From positions 1-64,000 of IMG/VR virus record IMGVR_UViG_3300048999_000056: a DNA stretch of 64,000 nt. The stretch is one strand, 5' to 3'. Below are positions 47,737 to 58,533 of the stretch, in pieces. Made by a program: the position numbers and the translations under genes. Within the stretch, counting starts at the first letter, position 1. Every line of letters starts with the position of its first letter. A model generated the notes under the pieces. That model was not told the origin of the DNA. It was given only the letters and a program-made list of their open reading frames with translations, and searched no databases. Source of the stretch: a virus.

Positions 47737-49610
47737 TGGCATGGGGCGTCCACAACAGCAACCTGTTGCTATCGAACAGCAACAGGACACTTACGCAGAA
47801 CGGTCAGCAGTTCTCGGTGCTGTCGGCTGCAGGCGCCCGCTTTGTCACGTCCGGCAAGTTCTACTGGGAACTCGTCCTCAACGCTGATTTGTCGTCGGGC
47901 GGCACTCTTGAATCCGGTAACAGCTTCATCAATATCGGTGTCGCCAACCCTTCGTTCGATGCCACGCTCACAAGCCCCGACATTGGCGGCACGACCAACG
48001 CGTATCAGTGGTACACATTCGGCGGTGGCGGCTCTGGCAACTACAACGGCACCTATCAGTTTCCGCTGCCGGCATTTGCGCAGGGCAACACTGCGCAAGT
48101 CGCGTTGGATGCCACCAATCATACGATGTGGCTCAACGTCAATAACGCTGGTTGGATCGGCAACAACGGCAACGCCGGTGATCCGGCTGCCGGCACCAAC
48201 GGTATTCCGCTAGCATCTGGTTTGTATACGGGCGGACTCGCGCCCGCAATCAGCTTCCAACCTTCTACGAACAATCAGGTAACTGGCAACTTCGCACCGG
48301 CCAACTGGACCTACACGGCGCCGTCCGGTTTCGGCTCGATTGACACGCAGACGCTCAACGCGACAGCGGCATTTGCCGGTGCCGGCTCCCTTACGGTCAA
48401 CGCTACTGTCCCTGCTCAGTCGCTCAAGCAGGCGAGCGCGGCACTGGCCGGCATCGGTTCGGTCACGGCAAACGCACGGCTGCGAGCGCGCGGTATTGCG
48501 CTGTTCCAGGGCGTAGGAACCGTCTCGGCAGCGACGCGCGGACCAGTGCCTGCCTCGGCTAGTCCGGCAGGCGTAGGCAGCCTGAGCGTGGTGGAACGGG
48601 TGACGATCCACGGCTCGGCTAGTCTCTCAGGGGCAGGCTCTGTTTCGGTGTTCTTCACACCGATTGCGGCGCCCCCTCCGGTGATCGTGCCACCGCCTGC
48701 CGTGCAGGTTCCCGTTGACGATTATCTGCGGCTGATACCGAGCTACAACGCCATTCAGCCGAAGTTCATGGCGACGTTGCGATCAGTTGTTCAACCATTC
48801 GCCGATCAGCAGGAGTTCCTGTCGTCACTGCCGCAGGTATTCGACCTCGATACGGCGATTGGCGTGCAGCTCGATCAGGTCGGCTTGTGGATTGGCCGTG
48901 ACCGCACCATTGAGACGCCGATCAGCGGTGTTTACTTTTCGTGGGATACGCCTGGACTTGGCTGGGAGCAAGGCACGTGGCAGGGCACCTTCGATCCGAG
49001 CGAGGGTCTGACGGTGCTGGACGATGAAACCTATCGGCAGTTGCTTTACGCGAAGATCGGTTCCAACAACTGGGACAGCTCGCCGCAGAGTATTGTTGAT
49101 ATTCTGTCAACGCTGCTTGAGGGTCAAGGCGCCGTTGCGATAACCGTCACCGACAACAACGATATGACGATATCGGTCAACGTAAGCGGTGCGATCAACA
49201 GCGTTGTGTTTCGCTCGTTGATCCTAAACGGTGAGGTTCCGATCAAGCCTGCGGGCGTCGGTATCACCTACAACCTGCCAGCGCCCGGCGCGACAGTCTC
49301 CTATCCCGGCACGGCCTTCATTGGCGGCTCTGGCGGACTTGTTGCCAACGCTACGGTGCAGCGGCCCGGAACGCAGTTTGCGTCGGCCAATGTAGTCGTG
49401 AGCGGTGTTGTTGTTGCCCGCGCTACCATTCGAGATACGCAGGCGCGCGCAACATTTTCCGGTGTCGGCAACGTCGTGGTGGCGCCGACTGCCAGATTGC
49501 AGGCGCGGACAACGCTTGCCGGTGCCGGCGGACTGCTCGGCGTGGCGACCCTGCGAGCGCGAGCGCAAGTCACAATTCAAGGGGCTGGTGGGCGGACATT
49601 CAACGTATAA
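47736..49610 (+). CDS. DUF2612-type baseplate wedge subunit with a fused SPRY-like domain and Ala/Gly repeats
   Basis: FDLDTAIGVQLDQVGLWIG..R, LDDETYR.LL.AKI..N.WD, DN.DMTI, KPAGV; N-terminal SGKFYWE. Confidence 0.8.
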   Translation: MAWGVHNSNLLLSNSNRTLTQNGQQFSVLSAAGARFVTSGKFYWELVLNADLSSGGTLESGNSFINIGVANPSFDATLTSPDIGGTTNAYQWYTFGGGGSGNYNGTYQFPLPAFAQGNTAQVALDATNHTMWLNVNNAGWIGNNGNAGDPAAGTNGIPLASGLYTGGLAPAISFQPSTNNQVTGNFAPANWTYTAPSGFGSIDTQTLNATAAFAGAGSLTVNATVPAQSLKQASAALAGIGSVTANARLRARGIALFQGVGTVSAATRGPVPASASPAGVGSLSVVERVTIHGSASLSGAGSVSVFFTPIAAPPPVIVPPPAVQVPVDDYLRLIPSYNAIQPKFMATLRSVVQPFADQQEFLSSLPQVFDLDTAIGVQLDQVGLWIGRDRTIETPISGVYFSWDTPGLGWEQGTWQGTFDPSEGLTVLDDETYRQLLYAKIGSNNWDSSPQSIVDILSTLLEGQGAVAITVTDNNDMTISVNVSGAINSVVFRSLILNGEVPIKPAGVGITYNLPAPGATVSYPGTAFIGGSGGLVANATVQRPGTQFASANVVVSGVVVARATIRDTQARATFSGVGNVVVAPTARLQARTTLAGAGGLLGVATLRARAQVTIQGAGGRTFNV

Positions 49611-49628
49611 CTGCGGACGTATGATCTT

Positions 49629-50816
49629 ATGGCACAGAACGACTTTCTTCTCTGGGCAACTGGCGCGAACGCCAACGTCTTATCGCAGGCGGAGTATGCC
49701 GGCCTTGGCAATCGGTCGTCAGGCGTCGTCGCTGGTGTAGCGTCCGGCAAGCTCTACAATAAACAAAACCGTCAGGCGTCGATAATCTCGTCGATGATCG
49801 CGCAGTTCATCAGCGATCGGCTCAACGCCGACGTGATAGATGACGGCACCATCGCGACGATCGAAGCCAACTTTACCGCTGCCGTCCGCAGCGTCTTCAG
49901 CATTCCGAACACAGGCGTTGTGCCGGGCACCTACGGTCCGACCATGACACTGTCAGTGCAGGCAGACGGTCGGATCACGGCATTGTCGAGCACGGGATTG
50001 ACATCTTCGGGCGTGCCGCCCGGAACCTACGTCGGCACGACGATAACGGTTGCGGCGGACGGCCGCATAACGGCGATCTCTGGCGTGCCGTACGGTCAGA
50101 TCGGTGGCGACAACAACTGGCAAGGTGGCAACACCTTTAATCATCTGGACAACGGTGGCAACGGCGGTCAATTCCGAGCTGTGCAGGGTTCCTACGGTTC
50201 GATGTGGCGTAACGATGGTAGCTCGACGTATCTGCTATCGACCGCTGCCGGGCAGCAGACCGGCATATGGAGTGCCTACCGTCCGTTCTACTGGAATATG
50301 GCGACAGGCGCCGTCACGATCGACGGAACTGCGTCAGGTGTCAACTTCGGTGGCGCGATAAGCACTGGCCAGGGGATCACGGCTGGATCAGGGAACATCA
50401 CAGCCAATTCGGGGCGCCTACGCGCCGGCTTGGGTGCGTTCGGGTCCGGTGATGCCTTTGCTGGCGTCATTCTCTCGGACGTGTTTCTCGGCGGCAATCT
50501 GGGCAACGATGATTGGTCCTACATGCGGCTGCCGAGCGGCTACATCATCCAGACTTATCGCGGCGCGACTACCAACGGTGGCGAGTTCATCACGTTCCCG
50601 GTGGCGTTCCCCAATGCCTGCCTGCAAGTGTTGGTGCATGAGGGAAATCCGCAAGGATGGATTCCGCCGGCAATTTCCTTCGTCAGCCCAACGATCTTCG
50701 GCACGCAGCAGTTGAGCGCAAATGCCTTTGCTCTCTACTGCGTGCGATACAACTCGAATGCTACTTGGTTCCTTGCTGGTGGCATAGCATTTCGGTACAT
50801 CGCCATCGGCTACTAA
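49629..50816 (+). CDS. Tail fibre protein
   Basis: NDF...ATG..ANV.SQ..Y, NK..RQAS; C-terminal LPSG.IIQ..FP.AFPN.C..YIAIGY. Confidence 0.85.
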   Translation: MAQNDFLLWATGANANVLSQAEYAGLGNRSSGVVAGVASGKLYNKQNRQASIISSMIAQFISDRLNADVIDDGTIATIEANFTAAVRSVFSIPNTGVVPGTYGPTMTLSVQADGRITALSSTGLTSSGVPPGTYVGTTITVAADGRITAISGVPYGQIGGDNNWQGGNTFNHLDNGGNGGQFRAVQGSYGSMWRNDGSSTYLLSTAAGQQTGIWSAYRPFYWNMATGAVTIDGTASGVNFGGAISTGQGITAGSGNITANSGRLRAGLGAFGSGDAFAGVILSDVFLGGNLGNDDWSYMRLPSGYIIQTYRGATTNGGEFITFPVAFPNACLQVLVHEGNPQGWIPPAISFVSPTIFGTQQLSANAFALYCVRYNSNATWFLAGGIAFRYIAIGY

Positions 50817-50827
50817 GGAGGGAGAAC

Positions 50828-51052
50828 ATGCCGCAATATGCCTACTTCGATCATACTCAACCAGAGCCGCAGCATGTGCTCGGCTGGTATGACACGGATA
50901 TCGTTGACTACAAGGACAAGCTGCCGAAGCCCGATGATCTGTTGGAGTTGAACGCCAACCAATGGGCAAGGCGATTGATCGGGCACTGGGCCGTCAAAGG
51001 TGGCGGTTTGATCCCTTACGATCCGCGTCCAGCGCCAGGAGTCGGCGGATGA
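50828..51052 (+). CDS. Tail-fibre assembly-like protein
   Basis: YAYFD, V.GWYDT; follows the fibre gene; AAGGAGG RBS. Confidence 0.6.
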   Translation: MPQYAYFDHTQPEPQHVLGWYDTDIVDYKDKLPKPDDLLELNANQWARRLIGHWAVKGGGLIPYDPRPAPGVGG

Positions 51053-51546
51053 AGCCAATCCTCCTCTCATTATTGTTGCTGACTGCATGCGCCAGTCAGC
51101 AGCACGTAGCTCCGCCACTGCCTGCGCCTGCGCCTGTTGCAGACGGCGCAACGACGGTGCCGCCGCCTGATGTCACGGCGACAACGGTCAAGGATGTTTC
51201 CGGTCCAACCGTCGTCATCATGCCGTCGCATACGTTGATCTTGTATCTCTCCGAGGATGCATACAATGGTGACGTGCAGGTCCAGGTGACGATCGGCGGG
51301 GCGAACGTGTTTGCCAAGCCGGTGAACGTGACGGCGAAGCACGCGCTCAACCAGCGCCAAGTCTTCACGATCCTCGGTGCATGGCCGAACAAGCCCCAGG
51401 TGACGGTTACATTCAGCAATGATGCCTACGGCGGCAGCGCGTCGAAGGACCGCAACCTCTACGTGGTGGGCTCGATCTACGACAACGTCACGTCCAAGGT
51501 TTCGCGCACGCTATGCTGCAATGGTAGCTGGACATTCACGCCATGA
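51049..51546 (+). CDS. Lipoprotein with a Ca-dependent carbohydrate-binding-like module
   Basis: LLTAC lipobox; SEDAY.GD.Q, V.F.NDAYGG....DRNLYV. Confidence 0.7.
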   Translation: MKPILLSLLLLTACASQQHVAPPLPAPAPVADGATTVPPPDVTATTVKDVSGPTVVIMPSHTLILYLSEDAYNGDVQVQVTIGGANVFAKPVNVTAKHALNQRQVFTILGAWPNKPQVTVTFSNDAYGGSASKDRNLYVVGSIYDNVTSKVSRTLCCNGSWTFTP

Positions 51547-51734
51547 CAGACACGATAATTGAAGATGTCGGCGGTGTTGCACAGGCTATGAAGTCCATGC
51601 ATATCGCCGATGCCGAAGCGCTTACAGGCGAGTGGCTGGACCGACTGGCAGCGCAATACCGGCTCGACCGTGGGCATCTGGAAAGCGATTACAGCCTACG
51701 CAACCGACTGGTCAACCGTATTCGAGGCGCGTGA
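51543..51734 (+). CDS. Hypothetical protein
   Basis: TGEWLDRLA..Y...R...ESD..LR.R resembles a baseplate-J fragment motif; coupled on both sides. Confidence 0.5.
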   Translation: MTDTIIEDVGGVAQAMKSMHIADAEALTGEWLDRLAAQYRLDRGHLESDYSLRNRLVNRIRGA

Positions 51735-52153
51735 TGCCGATCGAACTGAAATGGCCGGAAAAGCAGACGCTCGACGCGCTTGACTATGCCTGCGACATGA
51801 CGGGTGATCTGGTATCGGGTGAGACGATTACTGACATTGCCGTATCCGTCAAACCTTCCGGCACGGATGAACTCAACGTGCAGAGCGTGGCGCTGCAGGG
51901 CAATGTGATCGTGGTCTGGTTGACGGGCGGCGTCGGCGGACGCGGCTACCTCGTCCGTATTGATGTCACGACCTCGGCAGAACGGGTATTCGACGTGCTG
52001 GCGGTCCTGCCCATGAGCCGTATCCTGATGCCCTTCCCGGTGCCCGAGCCGACTTCCCAGGATTTCTCGGAACCTATCACCTACCACGAGCCCGTAGCCG
52101 TCCAGGCGGCTGCCACAATCGCCGGGCAGGCACGTCTGGCGTCGGCCCTATGA
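51734..52153 (+). CDS. Fibre/tail adaptor-like protein
   Basis: WP.K.....LDY..D, VWL.GG..G..Y.V....TT. Confidence 0.65.
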   Translation: MPIELKWPEKQTLDALDYACDMTGDLVSGETITDIAVSVKPSGTDELNVQSVALQGNVIVVWLTGGVGGRGYLVRIDVTTSAERVFDVLAVLPMSRILMPFPVPEPTSQDFSEPITYHEPVAVQAAATIAGQARLASAL

Positions 52154-53301
52154 GCGAGAAACCATGGGCGATCATCTGCCGGTTTGGCGGCGTCGGCGAC
52201 AACCTGATTGTATCCTCCGTGCTGCCGCTGCTGGCGCGGAAATACAATGTCGAAGTTATCGCGCAGGCGCCGTTTCACGTCGTCTTCGAGAACAACCCGC
52301 ACGTGGCGCGGTTGACAGTGCGCCAGCGCTCCGACCTGCCGAGCGATGCCATGCCCTGGCAACGCTGGTTTGACGACAGAGCGATCGGCGCCGACATGCT
52401 GGTCAACCTCTCGCATTCCTGCGAGTCCATGCTGTGCCTGTTTGAAAGCCAGACGCAGTATCGTTGGCCGGATGCATGGCGACGCCAGCACTGCGGGCGC
52501 AACTACTTGGAGCACACGCACGACATCGTCGGCGTGCCGCACGAGTTCGATCCGCGCTTCTATCCGACACGCGAAGAATGGCAACGTGCGGAGGAGGTTC
52601 GCCGGACAGTCGGCGGACGCTATGTTGCGTGGTGCCTGTCCGGCACGCGCTACGACAAAATCTTCCCGTCAGCCCCGATCGCGATAGCGCGCATTATCAA
52701 CGAACTGCAAATGCCTGTCGTGATGCTGGGTGCTCCTGGCAAGGATTCCGATCTCGGCAAGAGCATTCAGGAGCACGTCAAGAAGCACAACGGCACCGAT
52801 CGCGGGCTGCATCTTGCGGTGTCTGCCGACGCGACGAAGACGGCGCCCGAGCTGCGCGATGCCTTGGGCCTGCGCGAGAACGTCGAGGCTTGGCCGATCA
52901 GGCGCGTGCTGACACAGACCATGCTGGCTGATCTGGTGATATCGCCTGATACCGGTCCGGCGTGGGCAGTGGCCATGTCAGCAATGCCGAAGATCATACT
53001 GTTGAGCCACGCCTCGCCGGAGAACATCACGAAGCACTGGCGCAACACGGTGACGCTGCATGCTGATCAGCAGCGTGTGTCGTGCTGGCCGTGCCACAAG
53101 TTGCACGAAGGACCGCACACGTGCCGGCCGAACGCCGACAACAACGGCGCCTCGTGCATCAGTGACATCAGCGTGGAGACGATCGTGTCAACCGCTGATG
53201 CGTTGTTAACCCAAGAAAGGAAACCCGACCAATGGCAGGTATCTCAGCTTATCACGAAAAGCAGCTGCTGGACTTCGGACTGGGTGGTGCAGGCGCCGTA
53301 A
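52150..53301 (+). CDS. GT9-family glycosyltransferase
   Basis: RFGGVGDN, VFENNPHV, ADLVISPDTGP.WA, CWPCH..C..C. Confidence 0.82.
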   Translation: MSEKPWAIICRFGGVGDNLIVSSVLPLLARKYNVEVIAQAPFHVVFENNPHVARLTVRQRSDLPSDAMPWQRWFDDRAIGADMLVNLSHSCESMLCLFESQTQYRWPDAWRRQHCGRNYLEHTHDIVGVPHEFDPRFYPTREEWQRAEEVRRTVGGRYVAWCLSGTRYDKIFPSAPIAIARIINELQMPVVMLGAPGKDSDLGKSIQEHVKKHNGTDRGLHLAVSADATKTAPELRDALGLRENVEAWPIRRVLTQTMLADLVISPDTGPAWAVAMSAMPKIILLSHASPENITKHWRNTVTLHADQQRVSCWPCHKLHEGPHTCRPNADNNGASCISDISVETIVSTADALLTQERKPDQWQVSQLITKSSCWTSDWVVQAP

Positions 53302-53636
53302 GCCAGCCCGCATCAGGCTCGCACGGTGTCGGACTGTCGCTTGGTGCGCCGACCTCGATTTCTGCATCCGAGATCGCAACCGGTTCCGGTTGGACACGTC
53401 AGCCGATCGGCTTCGCGGCGGCGGCGTCACCGGCCGGTTCGGCGTCGAACAACACCGCAGCGACATTCGGACCAGGGCTGACCGGTGCGACGTTCTCCGG
53501 TCTGCAAATCTTCGATGATACGCGGTCCGGCACCGGCAACATGCTCTGGTATGGCAACCTCGCCACGCCGCGCACGCTGGGCGTCGGCGACAGCTTGGTG
53601 ATCGCAACCGGTGCGTTGACTATTACCCTCGCCTGA
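53232..53636 (+). CDS. Small virion appendage structural protein
   Basis: S.Y....LL, G..RQ.I.F, N.....F, I.D....GN.L.YG.L...T...GD......G.L.ITL. Confidence 0.65.
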   Translation: MAGISAYHEKQLLDFGLGGAGAVSQPASGSHGVGLSLGAPTSISASEIATGSGWTRQPIGFAAAASPAGSASNNTAATFGPGLTGATFSGLQIFDDTRSGTGNMLWYGNLATPRTLGVGDSLVIATGALTITLA

Positions 53637-53696
53637 TCTGTCGGGTGCAGTCCAACGGTCTGCACCCCACGGACTTCCTAAAGAGCGGCTTCGACA

Positions 53697-56600
53697 ATGG
53701 CGTGGTCCTTCGTCGGTGCCGGCGCTTTAGCGTCCGTCACCACCACAGCGATATCGGTAGCAGAGCCCGCTGGTGTACAAGCCGGCGATCTTCTTGTTGC
53801 GCTCATATCGCATCGTGCCGCGTCGGGTGCCGCTTCGGTGGTGCTGCCGACTGGTTGGACTCTCGTTACTGAGCAGAAGGTCGGCAACACCACCGCCGCC
53901 AGCACGTTAGGCATCGGCAACGGCGTCATGGCCTACCGGGTCGCGACCGGAGCCGGTGGGCCGTGGAGCTTCACGGTTCCGACCGCGAACGTTGCGCTCG
54001 GTCGCATTCTTGTCTACCGCGGTCAGGACAAGCTCGCGTCGCCACTGTGTATGACACGCAGCACGACGACGGCAACCGCCACGACGAGCATCAGCGTTAC
54101 TGGCCTAACAACGCCGAACGCCAACTGTCTGATCATTCACGGTCTATGCGGCGCACAGAATGGCGCGATGTCGGCATTCGACGCCGCGACCGATCCAACG
54201 ACTGCTAGCGGCACGGGCGGTCAAACAGGCGCTCCAACTGCCGGGACATGGCTGGAGCGAACCGATGACGCTACCGCGAATGGTTCCGATTGTAGTCTGG
54301 CAATTGCAGACGCGGTTCGGGCCACGTCGGGCGCCACAGGCAATTTCACCGCGACGGCGGCGCTGGGTTGTGGCTACGCCTCGCTCGTCGGCGTGTTCAA
54401 ACTCGACGTTGCAATCCCAGCCGGCCAACGGCTGGTCACGCATTACATCATCGGAACGGGAACCGGCAGCTTCACGCCGCCGTCCACCGTCAACGCGATC
54501 GTCGAAGTATGGGGCGCGGGCGCCACTGGAAACACCGCGAGCGGCGTGGGCGGTAACGGTGCTGGTTGGTCACGGGATAGTAGCTACGCGCTAACAGCGG
54601 CAACGCCGGTCAACTTTTCGCTCGGTGCTCCCGGCGCGACCTCTGCGGCGGCCGGTGGCGATACTTGGTGGGCAACATCCGGCACGCTGATAGCGAACGG
54701 CGGCGGGTCCGCTACCGCGCGGATCGGCGACGTGACGTTTGTCGGTGGCGTGGCGAGCACCAACTCTGCCACCGGTAACACCGGGGGCGGTGGCGCAGCC
54801 GGTCCGTATGGACCTGGGCGAGCCTCTGGCAGTGCTGGCAGTGGTGGCGGAACGGGTGGCGGTGGTAACGGCGGCGGCACCGACTCAACAGCTTCCGCAA
54901 CGGCAGCTGGCACCGCTGGCGGCAATGGTTTCGCTGGAACGGGCGGCGCTGCTGGCGTTGCAAATGGTAATGGTTCGCCGGGCGGTCCGGGCGCGGGCGG
55001 TGGCGGTGGCGGTAACACGACAGGTCAAGGCGCTCGCGGTGGTGATGATTGGAGCAACGGCGGCGGCGGTGCGGGTGGCACAGGCAGCCTCGCCAATCAT
55101 CCTACAACGGCGGTCGGCGGCACGCCGGGTGCTGGCGGTGCGGCGGCAAATGCGGCACTTGGGCGCGGCGGTTACAGCCTCGTCAAACTCAGCTATGTTG
55201 GGACCGACGATGACAGCCTGACAGTTGTCGGCTCGCTGTCGAACATCGTCTTCGCGCGACCGGGTGCAGCTCATATTGCCGGCACCGGCTCGATATCGGC
55301 CAATGCAACAGTCGTCAGTGGCGGTCCGACTACTTGGCAAGGGACTGCAACATTTGCTGGCGTAGCGTCGGTTAGTGCTGTCACTGCCTACGTCAAACCG
55401 CAACAATGGGACATCGGCAACTACTATCATCCCAACGTCACGCTGTCGGGCACGGGCGGAAACTTTACCGCGCTGCAGACGGGGAGCAGCGGCAACCGTG
55501 CATCGGTGGTTGCGACTGAGTTTTTCAATACCGGCAAATACTACTGGGAACTGCAGATCGATTCCACTGGCGGCGGTCAGTATGTCGGACTGGCGCGTGC
55601 AGCGTTCGATCCCAACGGCTTCGATTCCGCCTTGTATGCGACTGAGGTTACGTGGTGGACCTTTACCGCTGACTCATCCGGTCATATAGTTGCTGCTAAC
55701 GTCGAGATCAGCGCCGGGGCACCGTTCTACACGACTGGCGATCGTGTCCAGTTTGCCTGGGATGCTACCAATCATCTGATATGGCTTAGAGTCAACAATG
55801 GCTCTTGGGCGAACGGCGGTGATCCGGCAGCCGGGACCAACGGTTACGATATCTCGTCCGTGACGGGACCTCTCGCTCCGGCGATCTCGCTGGGCGGCAC
55901 GAATGATCAGATATCAACCAAGTTCGATCGTGCCTCGTGGTCCGGCACGGCGCCAGCCGGTTTCGCTCAATTCGACCCTGTCATTCTACAGGGAACTGCA
56001 ACGCTAGCCGGCACGGGCTCGCGGACCTTTAACGCCACGCACACACCGGCAGGCACAGCAACAATTGGCGGTGCCGGTTTGCTTAGCGTCTCTGCGCGGA
56101 TCATTGACCGGATCGACCCTGTCACGCTGGCAGGTATCGGCTCAATTACTGCAAACGCTACGCATACGCCGGCAGGCACAGCCGTTTTCGCCGGTCTAGG
56201 TTCGTTAACTGTTGACGCAACTGTTGTTCTCGGCACTGTCACGTGGCAGGGCTCGGCAACGTTTGCAGGCGTCGGCACGCTCAGTGTCAATGCGACGCAC
56301 ACGCCAGCCGGACAGGCGACGATCAACGGCGCCGGTTCGCTTGCTGTCACTGCGACGCTGATCGATGCTATAGACGCTCTTACGCTGCCAGGTGCCGGCT
56401 CTCTCAGCGTCAACGCCACGCATACGCCGGCTGCGGCTGCGACGTTTGCCGGTATCGGCTCGGTCACGCTCAATGCGACTTTGACTGCTCCGGTCACGGC
56501 GAATATCAACGGCACCGGATCGGTCACTGCCAATGCTACGCACACGCCGGCTGCGACGGCATCGCTCAACGGTGTCGGATCGATAGCAGCAACCGCGACG

Positions 56601-58043
56601 GTCATCGCTCGTGCCTCAACAACCTTGGCCGGAACAGGCGGGATATCGGCGACGGCGACGGCGATAGAGCAAGCCTCGTCAACGATCGGCGGCACAGGCA
56701 CCGTCACGATCTTCGTCGTCGAAGGCGAGCTAGGTATGGCGTCGCTCGCGGGTGTCGGCTCGCTTACGATAGACGCCACGCACACCCCGATCGGCACGGC
56801 GACCTTCAACGGCATAGGCACGCTGGCGACGGCTTCCGCGGTGCTGGCAGGCGGTTCGGCGATGCTGGGCGGCATCGGTGCGGTTTCGGTCGCGGGGGCT
56901 GCCCAGGCCGCTGCCAGCGCTGCCCTGAGTGGCATTGGCACGCTAACCGTCAGCGGCATTTCGGCGTCTCAGGGAACGGCGGCGTTTGGCGGTGCCGGCT
57001 CGATCTCGGCGAGCGCCACGCATACGCCGGCCGGACAGGCGACGATAGGCGGCACGGGATCGGTGACGCTCAGCGCCCGCGTGGCGGCGATCAGCTCCGC
57101 GACGCTGGCCGGTGTTGGTTCCGTCACAGTCACAGCGACGGCGATCGAGCAGGCTGCCGCGACAATCAACGGCGTAGGCTCGGTTGCGGCTGACGGGCTG
57201 ATCCGTGGTCGGATCGACGCAGCGGCAACGCTAGGCGGCACGGGTGCTGTCACGGCAACCGCGACGATTATCGAGCGCGCTACCTCTGCGATCAGCGGTA
57301 GCGGCTTGCTCGCGGTCAACGCAACGCATACCGGTCAAGCTGCCGCGGCGATCGGCGGAACGGGTGCCCTGGTAGTCAACGCGGTCCATACGCCGCAAGG
57401 CGCTGCGGCACTGCACGGCATTGGTTCGATTACTGTTGCGGCAACGCATACGCCGAATGGCAGCGCCTCGATCTCAGGCGCCGGTGTGTTGACAGTGAGC
57501 GCCAGTCTGCGCCTGCCGGCGATTGCGTCAATCGGCGGCGTCGCTTCGTTTACAGCGATGGCGGATCATACTGCACAAGGCGCTGCGACGTTCGACGGCA
57601 TCGGCACTCTGACGGTTGACGAAAGTCTCGCGCTGGCGACGGGCGCCGATCTTGCGGGCGCAGGCGATGTCACTGTCGAGGCATCGCTGATCGTTCAAGC
57701 TGCCGTCGATCTGGTCGGAACCGGCGCTCTGTCGGTTGACGGTAGCGTATTCAGTCCTGAGCCGGGCTCGGTCACACTTTCCGGTATCGGGTCTGTCACG
57801 ATCAACACGCGGCTTGTTGCGGCGATACACGCGACGATCGGCGGTCAAGGCATCCTGGCTGCCGACGCGGTTGTTGTGACGAGTATCCTGCCGCCGCCGG
57901 AGCGGGAAATCCACGTTGTCGGGCAGTCTCGTGTCGTGACAGACAGCCGCGATCGATCGCTTACGGTTGCGCCTAGTCAACGTGCTGCGTCGGGCGAATA
58001 CAGCCGACTGATCTCCGATCGGCGCGGCGGAAGGAGGATATGA
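53697..58043 (+). CDS. Large appendage/fibre protein: Gly-rich domain, SPRY-like domain and about 20-aa Ala/Gly/Thr repeats
   Basis: GDLLVA, VEVWGAG plus a Gly-rich tract, GKYYWE, tandem A...G.G.(L/V)..NATHTP repeats. Confidence 0.75.
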   Translation: MAWSFVGAGALASVTTTAISVAEPAGVQAGDLLVALISHRAASGAASVVLPTGWTLVTEQKVGNTTAASTLGIGNGVMAYRVATGAGGPWSFTVPTANVALGRILVYRGQDKLASPLCMTRSTTTATATTSISVTGLTTPNANCLIIHGLCGAQNGAMSAFDAATDPTTASGTGGQTGAPTAGTWLERTDDATANGSDCSLAIADAVRATSGATGNFTATAALGCGYASLVGVFKLDVAIPAGQRLVTHYIIGTGTGSFTPPSTVNAIVEVWGAGATGNTASGVGGNGAGWSRDSSYALTAATPVNFSLGAPGATSAAAGGDTWWATSGTLIANGGGSATARIGDVTFVGGVASTNSATGNTGGGGAAGPYGPGRASGSAGSGGGTGGGGNGGGTDSTASATAAGTAGGNGFAGTGGAAGVANGNGSPGGPGAGGGGGGNTTGQGARGGDDWSNGGGGAGGTGSLANHPTTAVGGTPGAGGAAANAALGRGGYSLVKLSYVGTDDDSLTVVGSLSNIVFARPGAAHIAGTGSISANATVVSGGPTTWQGTATFAGVASVSAVTAYVKPQQWDIGNYYHPNVTLSGTGGNFTALQTGSSGNRASVVATEFFNTGKYYWELQIDSTGGGQYVGLARAAFDPNGFDSALYATEVTWWTFTADSSGHIVAANVEISAGAPFYTTGDRVQFAWDATNHLIWLRVNNGSWANGGDPAAGTNGYDISSVTGPLAPAISLGGTNDQISTKFDRASWSGTAPAGFAQFDPVILQGTATLAGTGSRTFNATHTPAGTATIGGAGLLSVSARIIDRIDPVTLAGIGSITANATHTPAGTAVFAGLGSLTVDATVVLGTVTWQGSATFAGVGTLSVNATHTPAGQATINGAGSLAVTATLIDAIDALTLPGAGSLSVNATHTPAAAATFAGIGSVTLNATLTAPVTANINGTGSVTANATHTPAATASLNGVGSIAATATVIARASTTLAGTGGISATATAIEQASSTIGGTGTVTIFVVEGELGMASLAGVGSLTIDATHTPIGTATFNGIGTLATASAVLAGGSAMLGGIGAVSVAGAAQAAASAALSGIGTLTVSGISASQGTAAFGGAGSISASATHTPAGQATIGGTGSVTLSARVAAISSATLAGVGSVTVTATAIEQAAATINGVGSVAADGLIRGRIDAAATLGGTGAVTATATIIERATSAISGSGLLAVNATHTGQAAAAIGGTGALVVNAVHTPQGAAALHGIGSITVAATHTPNGSASISGAGVLTVSASLRLPAIASIGGVASFTAMADHTAQGAATFDGIGTLTVDESLALATGADLAGAGDVTVEASLIVQAAVDLVGTGALSVDGSVFSPEPGSVTLSGIGSVTINTRLVAAIHATIGGQGILAADAVVVTSILPPPEREIHVVGQSRVVTDSRDRSLTVAPSQRAASGEYSRLISDRRGGRRI

Positions 58044-58044
58044 C

Positions 58045-58533
58045 ATGGGCACCTTTTACAGCGACCATATTCAACAGTCCTACTACTATAACTCGCCATC
58101 GCGCGTTTACGATCTTGGCATGCTGGAGCCGGGTACGCGCGCAGCTGTCGAGGCGATCTTGAAAGAAGCGGCGAGCATAGGCCAGCCGCTGCTTGTGTTT
58201 GAGACGTATCGTAGTCAACAACGTCAGGAATTGCTGTACCAGCAAGGCGCCACGCAGCTGCGCGTTGTCGGTTGTCACCACTTCGGTCTGGCCGCCGATC
58301 TCGTGAAGAATGTCGGCAATGAGCCGAGCTGGAAAGGCTCGTTTGACTTCCTCGGTCAGCTCGCGCGCAAGCATGGCATGTTGTGGGGCGGTGACTGGGG
58401 TCAGCCGAACATGCGGCATAGCTTCATCGATGCTGATCATGTGCAGCGTGTCACGCTCGCGGACGAGAACCGCGTATTTGCTGGCGAATTTTTCCCAGGT
58501 GTGGACTACAACCCTTATGTTGCGGTTGCCTAG
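58045..58533 (+). CDS. Endolysin, M15 family peptidase
   Basis: ETYRS..RQ..LY, H.FGLA.D, WGGDW, D..H.Q. Confidence 0.88.
   Translation: MGTFYSDHIQQSYYYNSPSRVYDLGMLEPGTRAAVEAILKEAASIGQPLLVFETYRSQQRQELLYQQGATQLRVVGCHHFGLAADLVKNVGNEPSWKGSFDFLGQLARKHGMLWGGDWGQPNMRHSFIDADHVQRVTLADENRVFAGEFFPGVDYNPYVAVA

Noticed and set aside
53643-53667. Hairpin GGGTGCAG/CTGCACCC as a terminator or fifth array
   Set aside because: No U-tract and no pentamer periodicity; left uncalled.
49629-58043. Diversity-generating retroelement acting on fibre genes
   Set aside because: No reverse transcriptase and no adenine-specific TR/VR pair seen; the SPRY-like paralogues differ at all base types.
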